NCBI GenBank assembly: GCA_913051655.1
Contig: CAJXHI010000006.1
Location: forward strand, 34,273 to 98,272
Direction: 5' to 3'
DNA length: 64,000 nt
Origin: an uncultured Alphaproteobacteria bacterium
Lineage (GTDB): Bacteria > Pseudomonadota > Alphaproteobacteria > Rhodobacterales > Rhodobacteraceae
In this document: positions 1-10,231 of the stretch, piece by piece
Position numbering within the stretch: the stretch's first letter is position 1
How the letters are laid out: each line of letters opens with the position of its first letter
Program-made: the position numbers and the translations under genes
The notes under the pieces: model-generated
Database searches by the model: none
The model's input: the letters and a program-made list of their open reading frames with translations, nothing else
What the model was told of the DNA's origin: nothing

Positions 1-24
1 GTTTTTGGAGTGTTTGAAGCAACT

Positions 25-1509
25 TCAGTCATCTTTTACTCCTCCTTTATTGGGTTTATTTGCGCTTGGTTCAAGCGTGAGAACGGTTTCAATCACCACG
101 CGTTCTGCGCCTGCGGACAGCGCTGCCTTTTCAGCAGCATCGCGCAGATTTTTCGCAGCAGAAATACGGGTCAGAATTGGGTGTTGAGCCACGATGCGAT
201 CAAGGGCAGCTTGAGCGTCTGCATCCCACGGAAAATCCCGTTTTAACGTCGTAGGCGTGGCGTCTGTCGCGTCCATTTCACTTCCCAGCGGCAGAATATG
301 AAAGAGCGCATCAAACAATCCGTTGCAGACTTCTTGAAGCAAATAGGTCGCCCCTGAATAGCCCATCATTGGTGTTCCTGTGGCGCGGCGAATGGCGGCC
401 CCAGGGAAAGACGCGGGAATGAAGGCGGGGCTTGGCCCATGGCCACCTTTCAATTCGGCAAGATACATTTTCTCATTGATGCTGCCCAAGACAACTAAGG
501 GGCGTTTTTGCGCTATTAAAGCGCGGACTTCATTGTTATTTGTTTTGCTTCCCCGCGCACGGGCCACAGCAAAGGCGCAAGGCAGACCAAGATCTGTCTC
601 TAAATAATTGCGAATACCACGCGCGTAGGTTTCGTTTGCCACAATCGCAAAACTCGCTGTCGCGAAAAAGTCCTGCGTCACAGACCGCCACAAATCCCAG
701 ATGGGTTTGATCGTGGAATGTTTTTCTCTTTCAATGAATGGTTCTGGATCAAGTGTTAACAAATCACCCAACTTGCGCAGGAATTTTGTTGTGCTTTCCA
801 TACCGATCGGAGCCTGAACATAGGGTTTTCCAAGCAATTCACAAAGCCCACGGCCGAACTCACGATACATACAAACGTTGACATCGGCATTTACTAAGTC
901 ACGCATTTCAGCAACATGTGCCCCTAGCGGCATCACCATATTAACTTCCGCACCTATTCCCTCAACTAGCCTCCGAATTTCAGCCAGATCGCTTGGCATG
1001 TTAAATGTACCGTACATCGGACCAAGAATATTGACGCGGGGCCTATCACCTTCTTGACGCTTTTTCTCGCGTGGCATCCGACCTTTGGTCATACCAAATT
1101 CCGTAAAGATCCAAGTCATCGCTCTATCTGCGGCTTCCCATTGATCCTCATCGATGGTACGCGGCAGAAAGCGTTGAATATTGGTGCCTTGTGGCGTAAC
1201 TCCACCACCAATCATTTCTGCAATGGATCCAGTTACAACTACCGCAGGTAAAGCCGGATCAAGAGTTCCCCAGGCACGTCGCATCGCACCCTCTGTGCCC
1301 TCCCGACCTAATTCTTCTTCAGCGAGCCCAGTTACAACAATGGGTAATTCATGTGGCGGAAGACCATCAGTATAATGCAACACGGAGGTTACTGGTAAGT
1401 TTTCGCAGCCAACAGGACCATCAATAACACATTGAAGCCCTTTAACAGCACAAAAAGCGTAAATTGCCCCCCAATATCCACCTGCGCGATCGTGATCTTG
1501 AATAAGCAT
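25..1509 (-). CDS. bchZ: chlorophyllide a reductase subunit Z (BchZ)
   Basis: 494-aa ORF with a nitrogenase/DPOR-like N-terminus ([26 protein letters not shown]). It is the last gene of a bchC-X-Y-Z run, and its ATG shares 1 nt with the bchY stop (TGATG at 1507-1511). Confidence 0.9.
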   Translation of the reverse strand: MLIQDHDRAGGYWGAIYAFCAVKGLQCVIDGPVGCENLPVTSVLHYTDGLPPHELPIVVTGLAEEELGREGTEGAMRRAWGTLDPALPAVVVTGSIAEMIGGGVTPQGTNIQRFLPRTIDEDQWEAADRAMTWIFTEFGMTKGRMPREKKRQEGDRPRVNILGPMYGTFNMPSDLAEIRRLVEGIGAEVNMVMPLGAHVAEMRDLVNADVNVCMYREFGRGLCELLGKPYVQAPIGMESTTKFLRKLGDLLTLDPEPFIEREKHSTIKPIWDLWRSVTQDFFATASFAIVANETYARGIRNYLETDLGLPCAFAVARARGSKTNNNEVRALIAQKRPLVVLGSINEKMYLAELKGGHGPSPAFIPASFPGAAIRRATGTPMMGYSGATYLLQEVCNGLFDALFHILPLGSEMDATDATPTTLKRDFPWDADAQAALDRIVAQHPILTRISAAKNLRDAAEKAALSAGAERVVIETVLTLEPSANKPNKGGVKDD

Positions 1510-3074
1510 CAGATCATCTCCTGCGCTTTGGCAGCACGGGCTGCTTTATCCAGCTTTTTCTGATGGTTTGCACGGAAATCTGGGCGAAGATTTGGCTCAC
1601 CCTCCCAAATGCCTGCCGTGTCACCTTCTCCAACACCTTCAAAAAAGGTACGCATCTTGTCCATGCGGGCTCGTCCTTTGATGGCTGCGTTGACCACTTC
1701 GGCTAAAGATCCAGCACCGGCTGGGCCCATCAATGGGCGCGCCGAGATGAGATTGGTGAAATAGAGGCCTGGGATCGCAAGCTCTTTGGCCTTTTGAACA
1801 ACCGGTGTAGTGCCTACTGCAAGATCCGGCTGAAAAGCTTCCATAGCCGCACAATCATCTTCAAGAGATGCGCGAAACTTGACCTTGGTGCCCTTCGCTT
1901 CTAACCATTCTGCATCGACAGCAGAACATGGAGTCTTGGGACAAGCAGAGCCTACGTAAGGAATTTCTGCACCGCTCTCAATCAGAAGACGTGCCACCAA
2001 TAATTCACTGCCTTCATACCCTGAAAGGGTGATACGCCCTTGTATAGGTGCGTTCGCCAAAGCGGTTTTGATAGCTGGTAAAAAGGCGTTCTGAGCCGCG
2101 GCAACCCTTTCTGCAGGAAGCTCAAAAACTTTGCCGATCTCTTTAAGCCAAGCTGCGGTACCGTCATATCCAACGGGAGCACTTCCCACTATTGGACGGC
2201 CAGCAGCCTCAAATTCGCGAATTGCAGCAGTATAGAACGGGTGAATAGCTGCTACGGCTCCGCAATCTAATGCCGTGTAAAGTTCACGCCACTCACGGGC
2301 CGGAACGACGGGACCTGCTGATAGCCCAAGTGGAGCGAGCATTGCCCCGATCATCATAGGATCAGCAGGAAACATTTCTCCTAAAAGTGTTACGTTCGGA
2401 CGGTCAGATTTGCCTCCAACAGGAGCTTGTACAGGTCCTGCTTTTATCTCTCGACGGGCATAATTTAGCATGGCGCCAGCAAGAACATCTTTAGCTTCGG
2501 CGTGCGTAGGAATTCCAAATCCAGGGACATCAATACCAACTATTCTCACGCCGTTTATCTCATCTGGCAACAGTCGGAGAGGCACTCCACTAGCGGTTGG
2601 TACACACAAATTTGTAACAACAACTGCATCGTAAAGCTCGGGGTCTGCAATTTCATGTACGGCATCACGAATATCTTCAAATAACTTACCAGTGACCAAG
2701 GATTCCGAATTAAATGGAACATAGCCCACTGACCTCCTTGCACCGTAAAAATGGCTAACGAAGGTTAATCCATAAACGCAACAGGCCGACCCAGAGAGGA
2801 TTGTCGCCACGCGCCGCATCCTCAGCCCAACACGAAGTGACCCGAATGCTGGACACATCGATTGTGGTTTGTCATGGGGCCCTTGAGGATAATCTCTAGC
2901 GAATTGATCAAGAAGCTCAGTATTACCAGAAGCGCGCGCAGCCTTTTCCATCTCAGAGCCAGAATGGCACCCGAGCCCATCCTGCAACAGGGGCGCATCA
3001 GAGACATCATCGCGAGGATGGCCTTTGATGACCTCTGCTCGCGCTGCGGTGTCGTATGTTACTTCGTCACCCAT
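1509..3074 (-). CDS. bchY: chlorophyllide a reductase subunit Y (BchY)
   Basis: 521-aa ORF with a Cys-containing motif typical of BchY/NifD-like subunits ([18 protein letters not shown]). It lies between bchX and bchZ. Length matches Rhodobacter BchY (about 500 aa). Confidence 0.9.
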   Translation of the reverse strand: MGDEVTYDTAARAEVIKGHPRDDVSDAPLLQDGLGCHSGSEMEKAARASGNTELLDQFARDYPQGPHDKPQSMCPAFGSLRVGLRMRRVATILSGSACCVYGLTFVSHFYGARRSVGYVPFNSESLVTGKLFEDIRDAVHEIADPELYDAVVVTNLCVPTASGVPLRLLPDEINGVRIVGIDVPGFGIPTHAEAKDVLAGAMLNYARREIKAGPVQAPVGGKSDRPNVTLLGEMFPADPMMIGAMLAPLGLSAGPVVPAREWRELYTALDCGAVAAIHPFYTAAIREFEAAGRPIVGSAPVGYDGTAAWLKEIGKVFELPAERVAAAQNAFLPAIKTALANAPIQGRITLSGYEGSELLVARLLIESGAEIPYVGSACPKTPCSAVDAEWLEAKGTKVKFRASLEDDCAAMEAFQPDLAVGTTPVVQKAKELAIPGLYFTNLISARPLMGPAGAGSLAEVVNAAIKGRARMDKMRTFFEGVGEGDTAGIWEGEPNLRPDFRANHQKKLDKAARAAKAQEMI

Positions 3075-3077
3075 AAA

Positions 3078-4091
3078 TTATGCCTCGTCATATATCACTT
3101 CAAGTGATTCCCTGGGTTGCGCATTTGCACCGCGCATATCTACGTCAGTTGCAGGAACTAGGACGTAATCACCTCCAGTATCTTTACTATCAAAGAGCGC
3201 TAGAAGACCGTCTTGATCCAACGGGGTAGGGCGCACAGGAGGCGCAAGACCAACAGCATCCGCCAGTTGAGTGAATAATCCTCCCCACTGGCTTTCATTA
3301 GTACCAACTATTTGGTAATTGGCAGACTTTTTTCGCAGGTCGTCATCTTGTGGAATGGCTGCAAGGATGGGAATATCAACCGCTTCCGCAAAGGCTGCGG
3401 CTTCTCCACTGCCATCATCCTTGTTAATCACCAAGCCCGCTACGCCAACGTTACCCCCCAACTTTCGGAAGTATTCAACAGCAGAGCATACGTTGTTTGC
3501 TACGTAAAGTGATTGCAAATCATTCGACGCTACGAGGATAACCTTTTGAGCCATATCTCGAGCAATTGGCAAACCGAAGCCGCCACAAACTACATCACCC
3601 AAAAAGTCAAGCAGAACGTAGTCAAAATCCCAATCGTGAAAACCCAGCTTTTCTAAAAGCTCAAAGCCGTGGATAATCCCGCGTCCACCACAGCCGCGAC
3701 CTACCTCAGGTCCGCCCAGTTCCATCGCAAAGACACCGCCCCGTTTGAAACAGACATCCCCGATCTGGACTTCTTCGCCAGCAAGTTTCTTTTTGGTAGA
3801 TGTCTCGATGATAGTCGGGCAGGCCTTGCCACCAAACAAAAGACTTGTGGTATCCGATTTTGGATCGCAGCCGATTAGTAATACACGCTTACCTTGTTCT
3901 GCCATCATATGGCTAAGATTTGCAAGTGTGAATGATTTGCCGATCCCACCTTTACCATAAATTGCAATGATTTGGGTTTTTGAGGTGGGCTCACCCTGTT
4001 CTTCCGCCGCCTGTACATCGGCAAGGTCCATATGCGCCTCTTCGCGCAGCTTTTTATCAAAATCTTTGAGGTTTGGGACTTCGTCTTTCAC
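3078..4091 (-). CDS. bchX: chlorophyllide a reductase iron protein subunit X (BchX)
   Basis: NifH/BchL-like P-loop and switch motifs ([36 protein letters not shown]). The start is set at GTG 4089-4091, which overlaps the bchC stop (GTGA). The N-terminus [19 protein letters not shown] then aligns with the remembered Rhodobacter BchX N-terminus. Confidence 0.9.
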   Translation of the reverse strand: MKDEVPNLKDFDKKLREEAHMDLADVQAAEEQGEPTSKTQIIAIYGKGGIGKSFTLANLSHMMAEQGKRVLLIGCDPKSDTTSLLFGGKACPTIIETSTKKKLAGEEVQIGDVCFKRGGVFAMELGGPEVGRGCGGRGIIHGFELLEKLGFHDWDFDYVLLDFLGDVVCGGFGLPIARDMAQKVILVASNDLQSLYVANNVCSAVEYFRKLGGNVGVAGLVINKDDGSGEAAAFAEAVDIPILAAIPQDDDLRKKSANYQIVGTNESQWGGLFTQLADAVGLAPPVRPTPLDQDGLLALFDSKDTGGDYVLVPATDVDMRGANAQPRESLEVIYDEA

Positions 4092-5053
4092 GCAATGTCC
4101 TTCCAATTGAGCATCATTTTCAAGCAAGTGGGTTCTTCGAAAGCGACAAGGTAGGCTTTTTGCGCCTCTTCTGCGGCCATGTGATGCGTTATGAGTCCTG
4201 CAAGGGATAGCGCACCATTTTCGATTAATGCACGGGTGGCAATCATGTCTTCTTTCTGCCATTCCGCAGCAATTCTTATCCGCGCCTCTTTCATAAAGGC
4301 CGGAGGAAAAGCGAAATTTAAAGGCTGTGTATAGAAACCTGCCAAGACAATTTCTCCGCCCTTGGAAATCCGGCTGACCAATTCGTTCAGAATGGCCCCA
4401 TTGCCGGAGGCGTCATAGACCGACTGATAATCACGACGAGGATCACGATCAGGCGCGATCACCTCATATCCGTCTGCACCACCCTGACGAGACGAATCAA
4501 TTTCCCAAACGGTGGGCGCTGGAGCTCCGGCGGCAATAGTCAATCTGGCCAGCAATCGGCCAAGAACCCCATGACCCACAATCAGATCAGGCACCGTCTT
4601 TTGTAATCCTGCTATCGCATGACGCGCCGTGGCCGCCAGCGCGAGCAGCGCGCCTTCGGGCCCGAAATCTTTGTCAAGTTTACTGACACGATCAGCAGAG
4701 GTCACAACGTGACGTGCAGACCCACCAAAGAGACCAAAGGCATCCGTGTAACAATTGGCGCCAGGCACAAACACATGATCTCCCACTGAAAATCCAGACT
4801 GGGATGGGGCTTCTACTATTTCACCAAAGGCTTCGTATCCGGGAACCAAAGGGTATCCCATGCCGGGAAAAGGCGGCATATCACCTGTCCAGAAAAGTTT
4901 TTCTGTTCCAGTGGAAATGGCAGAATGGGAGATTTCCACGACAACATCATGAGTGCCAGGCGCCTTAAGCTTAAGAGCACCAAACGACAGGTCGCGCGGT
5001 CCTTGCAAAATGACAGCTCGTGTCTGCAACAATCTCTCCCTTAATCGATTCAT
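4088..5053 (-). CDS. bchC: bacteriochlorophyllide a dehydrogenase (BchC), Zn-ADH/MDR family
   Basis: 321-aa ORF with near-collinear similarity to the remembered Rhodobacter BchC ([36 protein letters not shown]; CLKMMLNW C-terminus). It is the first gene of bchCXYZ. Confidence 0.88.
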   Translation of the reverse strand: MNRLRERLLQTRAVILQGPRDLSFGALKLKAPGTHDVVVEISHSAISTGTEKLFWTGDMPPFPGMGYPLVPGYEAFGEIVEAPSQSGFSVGDHVFVPGANCYTDAFGLFGGSARHVVTSADRVSKLDKDFGPEGALLALAATARHAIAGLQKTVPDLIVGHGVLGRLLARLTIAAGAPAPTVWEIDSSRQGGADGYEVIAPDRDPRRDYQSVYDASGNGAILNELVSRISKGGEIVLAGFYTQPLNFAFPPAFMKEARIRIAAEWQKEDMIATRALIENGALSLAGLITHHMAAEEAQKAYLVAFEEPTCLKMMLNWKDIA

Positions 5054-5082
5054 TCCACCCGCAGGTGTCAGAATTGCCTATG

Positions 5083-5126
5083 TGTCAGTTTAACCTGACA
5101 GTTTAGCCTGTCAATTAAAATAGACA
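5083..5126. promoter_or_regulatory. pair of PpsR/CrtJ-type palindromes (TGT-N12-ACA) upstream of bchC
   Basis: TGTCAGTTTAACCTGACA (5083-5100, a perfect palindrome in its outer 6 nt) and TGTCAATTAAAATAGACA (5109-5126) are separated by 8 nt. Both lie in the 94-nt crtF-bchC gap. This matches the published two-palindrome, 8-bp-spacer architecture of the Rhodobacter bchC operator. Confidence 0.75.
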
Positions 5127-5147
5127 TATTTGATGAGACTGTTTGAC

Positions 5148-6281
5148 TTACTTTACAGAAATGACTGCAGAAGTGATGAATTTTCGGGGTGCTTTCGGGA
5201 TAAATATAGACTGAAATCCTATTTCTTTACACATTTCAGCGATTTGATTCGGGCTACGCGCTCTACCTGTTCGCATCGCCATCGTGTAAAATGCGAAATA
5301 TACATCCCCTGCCCGATGCGGTCTGTCACCGCCAGTCATAGGCTCTGATACGATGAGCTTTCCACCATACGGAAGCGCATCATATGCGCTCTGCAGCAGC
5401 CCCATAACAGTGTCATCCGAATGATCGTATAGCACACGGATTAATGTGAGTACATCATACCCCAAGGGAAGGGGTTCGTCACGAAAAGAACCAGTCTGAA
5501 AACCAATCCTGTCTTTAAAGCCATTTGCCGATAAATGCGCTTCAGCGGAAGTTCTGACCTGTGGTAAATCAAAAACATCGACAGAAACGTCACCAAATTT
5601 ACGTATCAGCTCTATCGCAAAATTACCAGTTCCTCCCCCAACATCTAAAATTTTGTCGCCAGTTCTGAATGCCACCATTTTCAACGTATCATGCGCCACC
5701 AATTTCTGCGAAGCTGCCATGAGATACGAATAATTTTTAGTCACGTCCACAGGTGCGCTATCTGAAGCACCAAATACGTAGGGCCAGAAATGGGACAATT
5801 CTGTGTCTACTTCATCGCGCAACAAAGCGACAGGATCTGACATGTCACGATAGAAATGTGTATGATGGTGTATCATATCCGTCAGACCCGGAACGCCCAA
5901 CAATGATGCGCCTTTACGACGCAGCACATAAACTCCGTTTGCACGCCGTTTTGTGAGGCCAAGCGCCGTTGCGCTGTTCATCAGAATTTCTGCACGCTCT
6001 GGGCGCAATGACGTTTCCAAAGCAATTTCTGACATATGCTTTGGCCCGTCTAGCAGAGAATTCAAAATCCGAAGTTCGACCAAAGCCCAAAGCACTTGGG
6101 CATTCACAAATCCCATGACAAGATCAAAAATCTCTTCGCCCTCATTTCGGGCGACCCTTCTGATAAAAGGTACATTACTTGCCCAAGATTGAAATTTTTC
6201 GCATGAAAACAGGCTATTTAAGTCCCAAAATCTAGAAGCCGCCGAGGTACGGTGGTGATCATGTGACTGGATAGCCGACAT
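5148..6281 (-). CDS. crtF: demethylspheroidene O-methyltransferase (CrtF)
   Basis: 377-aa class I SAM O-methyltransferase (ILDVGGGTGNFAIEL) with an N-terminal dimerisation/winged-helix part. It sits directly downstream of crtE and upstream of bchC, as in Rhodobacter crtEF-bchCXYZ. Confidence 0.85.
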   Translation of the reverse strand: MSAIQSHDHHRTSAASRFWDLNSLFSCEKFQSWASNVPFIRRVARNEGEEIFDLVMGFVNAQVLWALVELRILNSLLDGPKHMSEIALETSLRPERAEILMNSATALGLTKRRANGVYVLRRKGASLLGVPGLTDMIHHHTHFYRDMSDPVALLRDEVDTELSHFWPYVFGASDSAPVDVTKNYSYLMAASQKLVAHDTLKMVAFRTGDKILDVGGGTGNFAIELIRKFGDVSVDVFDLPQVRTSAEAHLSANGFKDRIGFQTGSFRDEPLPLGYDVLTLIRVLYDHSDDTVMGLLQSAYDALPYGGKLIVSEPMTGGDRPHRAGDVYFAFYTMAMRTGRARSPNQIAEMCKEIGFQSIFIPKAPRKFITSAVISVK

Positions 6282-6283
6282 AT

Positions 6284-7183
6284 TTAGACCTCTGAACGTG
6301 TCTTGACGTCCGGCATGATTTTCTTTGCCTGCAAAGTCACCATCTGAGCAAGCTGCGCTTCACCCGGACAAGAGGGTATGGATGAAATTGCACCGGCAAG
6401 AATATCTTTAAGCCTTGATTGCGCCCCATCAAGACCAAGCTCAGAAACAGCATTTGGCCTTTCATGAAGAATGTCCTGACCAGCGGGTTTTCCAAGTTCT
6501 TCTTCGCTGAACATCACATCGCGCAGATCATCTGCGACCTGAAAGGCCTCTCCAATCCGCGCGCCCAACTCGTACCATTGCTCCGCATCCTGACCAGCAG
6601 CAACGGCACCCATCTGTGTCGCTGCTACAAAAAGAGCCCCTGTTTTGGACCGGTGATATGCCGAAAGATCGATTTTTTCCTCACTTTCCCAACCCTGTCC
6701 CGCACAAATTCCATTGGGCATACCTGTCTGATGCGCAAGGATCTGTACAAGCTTCATTGAACGAGCCGGATCCGCGCTGGGAACAGAAGAAAGCGCCTCA
6801 AAGGCAAGGACAATCAGACTATCTCCAGTCAAGATAGCAAGAGGCTCTGAATAGCCGCGATGAACCGTTGGTTTACCGCGCCGCACATCTGCGTTGTCAA
6901 AGCAGGGTAAATCATCATGAACCAGACTTGCGCAGTGTATAAGTTCAAGCGCCGCTGCAGCTGCATCTGTCAATTCTGGCTGATCATCCGCGCAGGCCAT
7001 CGCCACAGAGGTCAAAATAGTTGGTCGTATCCGAGCGCCGCCCGGAAAAGTGGCATACTGGAGCGCGGACAAAAGCTTTTCAGGCGCTTGAGACGATCCA
7101 CTAAGCGCAACCGCGCGAACCATTGCCGCTTCGATACGTCCAGAAAGACTGTTTTTTGGCAAATTTTTCAAAATATGTACCAT
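6284..7183 (-). CDS. crtE: geranylgeranyl diphosphate synthase (CrtE)
   Basis: 299-aa trans-prenyltransferase with a first DDxxD region (LVHDDLPCFDNADVRRGKPTVH) and a second (FQVADDLRD). A 2-nt gap separates it from crtF. Confidence 0.88.
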   Translation of the reverse strand: MVHILKNLPKNSLSGRIEAAMVRAVALSGSSQAPEKLLSALQYATFPGGARIRPTILTSVAMACADDQPELTDAAAAALELIHCASLVHDDLPCFDNADVRRGKPTVHRGYSEPLAILTGDSLIVLAFEALSSVPSADPARSMKLVQILAHQTGMPNGICAGQGWESEEKIDLSAYHRSKTGALFVAATQMGAVAAGQDAEQWYELGARIGEAFQVADDLRDVMFSEEELGKPAGQDILHERPNAVSELGLDGAQSRLKDILAGAISSIPSCPGEAQLAQMVTLQAKKIMPDVKTRSEV

Positions 7184-7199
7184 TTTATTGACGCTTATG

Positions 7200-7238
7200 T
7201 GTAAATCATACTGGACACAATGTCAGAATGAGTCAACA
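7200..7238. promoter_or_regulatory. pair of TGT-N12-ACA palindromes in the divergent crtE/crtD promoter gap
   Basis: TGTAAATCATACTGGACA (7200-7217) and TGTCAGAATGAGTCAACA (7221-7238) are 3 nt apart. Together they fill most of the 63-nt gap between the crtE start (7183) and the crtD start (7247). Confidence 0.65.
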
Positions 7239-7246
7239 ATTGAATT

Positions 7247-8839
7247 ATGAACTTATCTGTGATCCAAAATCGTACCAAAGGTCAGGTGATCGTCGTTGGC
7301 GCTGGTATTGCAGGCCTTGCCGTCGCTGTGCGCCTTGCCCACGAAGGATATGCCGTAACAGTTCTTGAACAACATAATGGTCCCGGCGGTAAGATACGCG
7401 TGGTACCTTCTCAGGCAGGACCAATTGATGCAGGGCCAACCGTTTTGACCCTTCGTCCAGTTTTTGAAGAGCTGTTCAAATCTATTGGTGAAAGTATAGA
7501 CAAGCACCTGAGTCTAGTTCGCCAAAAAATATTGGCGCGTCACTGGTGGCCAGATGGTTCTACCCTTGACCTCTTTGATGATTACGAAACGTCACAAGAG
7601 GCTATTTATGATTTTGCAGGGTTGAAAGGGTTTAAGGAATTTCAAAATTTCTTCCAGAAAACCAAGCTTCTGTTTGAAACTTTTGATCTTCCCATGATGC
7701 AGACAAGTGAACCATCACAATGGGATATGGCCAAGCTGTTGATGCAACAACCATCTTTAGCTCGTTATATCGCGCCGCTTCATACAATGGCGAGCAAACT
7801 GGCCCAATATTTTTCCGATCCTCGTTTGGCACAATTATTTGGGCGCTATGCCACATATGTCGGGGGATCGCCCTATTTGTCGCCAGCCCTATTGTGTTTG
7901 ATCTGGCAAGCAGAGGCCAAAGGCGTTTGGTGTGTCAAAGGCGGGATGCATCAGCTTGCCCAAACACTCATGTCCCTCGCCAAAGAACGGCAGGCAAAAT
8001 TTGAATTTAAAACAAAGGTAAAACGTATTTTGGTCAATGACGGGAAGGCCAACGGGGTTCTTTTGGATAATGGCGAACAGCGCATGGCAGATATCGTGGT
8101 CTTTAACGGTGACCCAAGAGCACTGGCAATAGGTACACTTGGCCCTGAACTTCAAGATATCGCTAAAGAAAGCCTTCAGGACGCTCGTAGCCTCTCAGCA
8201 AGGGTTTGGAGCTTTGATTCAATTGCGAATGGACCCGACCTGATCCATCACAACGTGTTTTTTGCCAGCAACCCAAAATCGGAATTTGATGACATTAAGG
8301 CGGGCCGAATGCCCAAAGACCCCACCATTTATGTCTGTGCCCAAGACCGCGGATTGAATGCCGATTATCCCGAACGGGAACGTTTTGAAATCATTCTAAA
8401 CGCGGCCCCCGTATGCGAAGCACACCCTATAAAAGAGGAGTTCGAAACATGTCGCACATTAACTATGACAAAGCTGGAACGCTTCGGACTGACCTTCACA
8501 CCACAGCCCAACGAAAAGGCATTGACGACTCCACAAGATTTCGAAGCGATGTTTCCAGCCTCGGACGGATCGCTTTACGGGCAGAGCCCACATGGGCTGA
8601 CAGCGGCCTTCCGGCGCCCAACCAGCAGGACGGTGATCTCGGGGCTGTATCTGGCGGGGGGTGGGGCACATCCGGGCGCCGGGGTTCCTATGGCAACGCT
8701 CTCCGCACGGCACGCGGTCGAGGCGATCTTGAAGGACCGAATTTCAACATTATCGTCCCCTCAAACGGCTACGCTTGGTGGTATGTCGATGGCGTCAGCG
8801 ACACCGCAGAACGCGCAATTTCGATCATCGGATTCATAG
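7247..8839 (+). CDS. crtD: hydroxyneurosporene/methoxyneurosporene desaturase (CrtD), phytoene-desaturase family
   Basis: 530-aa ORF with an N-terminal FAD fold (VIVVGAGIAGLAVAVRLAHEGYAVTVLE) and a C-terminal GGGAHPGAGVPMA motif. It is divergent from crtE and followed by crtC. Confidence 0.82.
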   Translation: MNLSVIQNRTKGQVIVVGAGIAGLAVAVRLAHEGYAVTVLEQHNGPGGKIRVVPSQAGPIDAGPTVLTLRPVFEELFKSIGESIDKHLSLVRQKILARHWWPDGSTLDLFDDYETSQEAIYDFAGLKGFKEFQNFFQKTKLLFETFDLPMMQTSEPSQWDMAKLLMQQPSLARYIAPLHTMASKLAQYFSDPRLAQLFGRYATYVGGSPYLSPALLCLIWQAEAKGVWCVKGGMHQLAQTLMSLAKERQAKFEFKTKVKRILVNDGKANGVLLDNGEQRMADIVVFNGDPRALAIGTLGPELQDIAKESLQDARSLSARVWSFDSIANGPDLIHHNVFFASNPKSEFDDIKAGRMPKDPTIYVCAQDRGLNADYPERERFEIILNAAPVCEAHPIKEEFETCRTLTMTKLERFGLTFTPQPNEKALTTPQDFEAMFPASDGSLYGQSPHGLTAAFRRPTSRTVISGLYLAGGGAHPGAGVPMATLSARHAVEAILKDRISTLSSPQTATLGGMSMASATPQNAQFRSSDS

Positions 8840-9666
8840 GTTCGGTCTTTTCTCCTTGGTATCGATGGTCAGGACGTAAAAATCCGGAGAACCATGTCTG
8901 TATCAATGTCGCAACCTACGGTCCGGGGGGGCGGTTTACTATGACCGACCGCGGTCAAAGCGCTTTGCAGCAATCTCAATCGCAATTTCAGGTTGGACCA
9001 TCCTCTATGAGGTGGGATGGGGATCGTTTGGTCATTGACGTAAATGAAATCGGATCGCCTCCGCTTATTTCGCGGGTGACGGGTCAGATCATTCTCACGC
9101 CCTCTGCTATTACAGATATTGAACTGCCGCTCAGTACAGATGGGGCACATATCTGGCGGCCCTTTGCGCCAACCTCTCAAATCAGTGTGGATCTCAACGG
9201 GGCAGGCTGGCAGTGGGAAGGGCACGGTTACTTCGATGCTAATTTTGGCACCCGCGCTTTGGAGGAGGATTTTTCATATTGGACATGGGGGCGCTATCCA
9301 ACCCAGGGTGGGAGCACCTGTTTCTATGATGCCAAACGGTTAAACGGGAGCGAACTGGCAGTGGCCGTCCAATTTGATGAAAATGGACACGCGCAGGATA
9401 TCCCCCCGCCCCCCAAAGCAAGACTAAAACGCAGCCTTTGGGCCGTTGCGCGCGAAACCCGTTCGGATGCGGGATATCAGCCTCAACAGGTAAAAAACAT
9501 GTTGGATGCGCCATTTTACAGCCGCTCAGCTGTCAAAACCCAGCTTAATGGCTTGGAAACAGTAGGCGTTCACGAGGCCTTGGACCTAGTGCGTTTTCGC
9601 AGCCCATTTTTGAAACCTATGCTAGCCTTAAGAGTACCTCGCCGCGCAAGATGGCGCTTTGATTGA
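8749..9666 (+). CDS. crtC: acyclic carotenoid 1,2-hydratase (hydroxyneurosporene synthase, CrtC); 5' end uncertain
   Basis: There is strong family resemblance from NGYAWWYVDG...IIGFIGSVFSPWYRWSG...NVATYGPGGRFTMTDRG to the C-terminus. The frame is open from 8413, but no ATG/GTG/TTG lies near the expected N-terminus. ATT 8749 (GAAGGA at 8730-8735) is used here only as a placeholder start. Confidence 0.75.
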   Translation: MIVPSNGYAWWYVDGVSDTAERAISIIGFIGSVFSPWYRWSGRKNPENHVCINVATYGPGGRFTMTDRGQSALQQSQSQFQVGPSSMRWDGDRLVIDVNEIGSPPLISRVTGQIILTPSAITDIELPLSTDGAHIWRPFAPTSQISVDLNGAGWQWEGHGYFDANFGTRALEEDFSYWTWGRYPTQGGSTCFYDAKRLNGSELAVAVQFDENGHAQDIPPPPKARLKRSLWAVARETRSDAGYQPQQVKNMLDAPFYSRSAVKTQLNGLETVGVHEALDLVRFRSPFLKPMLALRVPRRARWRFD

Positions 9667-9733
9667 TCCATCCAACCGGATCAGTTCCTTGCATAAAAAT
9701 TAGTAAATTAGATATTTTCTCAAAGGACCTACT

Positions 9734-10198
9734 TTATCCAAGTGCAGATTCTTCTGGGTTTAATCGCCAGACAGCAAAATTCAGCGCACCCGCGATGCTC
9801 ACCCAAAGTAGATAGGGCACAAACAGCCAGCCTGCCAATGGATTTACCAGAAAAAAGCTGACTGTCGTGGCCGCAACGGCAATCCAGAGTCCTGCAAGAA
9901 TATAAAAGCCAAGCTTAATCTGGCGCAGGCCGAAAAAGACAGGCGTCCAAAGTGTATTAATCGTAATCTGCAATGCCCAAAAGGCAAGCCCAATGCCCCC
10001 ATTTGAATCCTGTGCAACAAGGGCAGCAGCATAAGACATGCACAGATAAAGCGTTGTCCAAGCCACTGGAAACAACCAATCCGGTGGCGTCCAGCTGGGC
10101 TTTTTCAATCTCTTATACCATTCCCCGGTTGGGAAAAGTGCACCAGTGGCACCAGCGGCAAAACATGCAGCCAAAAATATGAAAAAAAGTAACGTCAT
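9734..10198 (-). CDS. tspO: tryptophan-rich sensory protein TspO (CrtK)
   Basis: A 154-aa membrane protein results if it starts at Met-12 of the ORF (MTLLFFIFLAAC...). W-rich motifs (WYKRLKKPSWTPPDWLFPVAWTTLY, NTLWTPVFFG) are collinear with the remembered R. sphaeroides TspO. It lies downstream of crtB. Confidence 0.9.
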   Translation of the reverse strand: MTLLFFIFLAACFAAGATGALFPTGEWYKRLKKPSWTPPDWLFPVAWTTLYLCMSYAAALVAQDSNGGIGLAFWALQITINTLWTPVFFGLRQIKLGFYILAGLWIAVAATTVSFFLVNPLAGWLFVPYLLWVSIAGALNFAVWRLNPEESALG

Positions 10199-10231
10199 CC
10201 AAGAGGCGTTTAATTCGTGAATGCGGTACAA

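Noticed and set aside
4092-4262. ORF-track N-terminal extension of bchX (394-aa version starting at 4262)
   Set aside because: The extra 57 aa are R/C/H-rich and lie entirely inside bchC in another frame. GTG 4089-4091 overlaps the bchC stop (GTGA) and gives an N-terminus matching BchX orthologues.
8656-8662. G-run (GCG GGG GGT) as a possible -1 frameshift site fusing CrtD to the crtC frame
   Set aside because: A shift here would replace the conserved CrtD C-terminal FAD motif (GGGAHPGAGVPMA) with unrelated sequence. No downstream stimulatory structure is evident. It is only formally heptamer-like.
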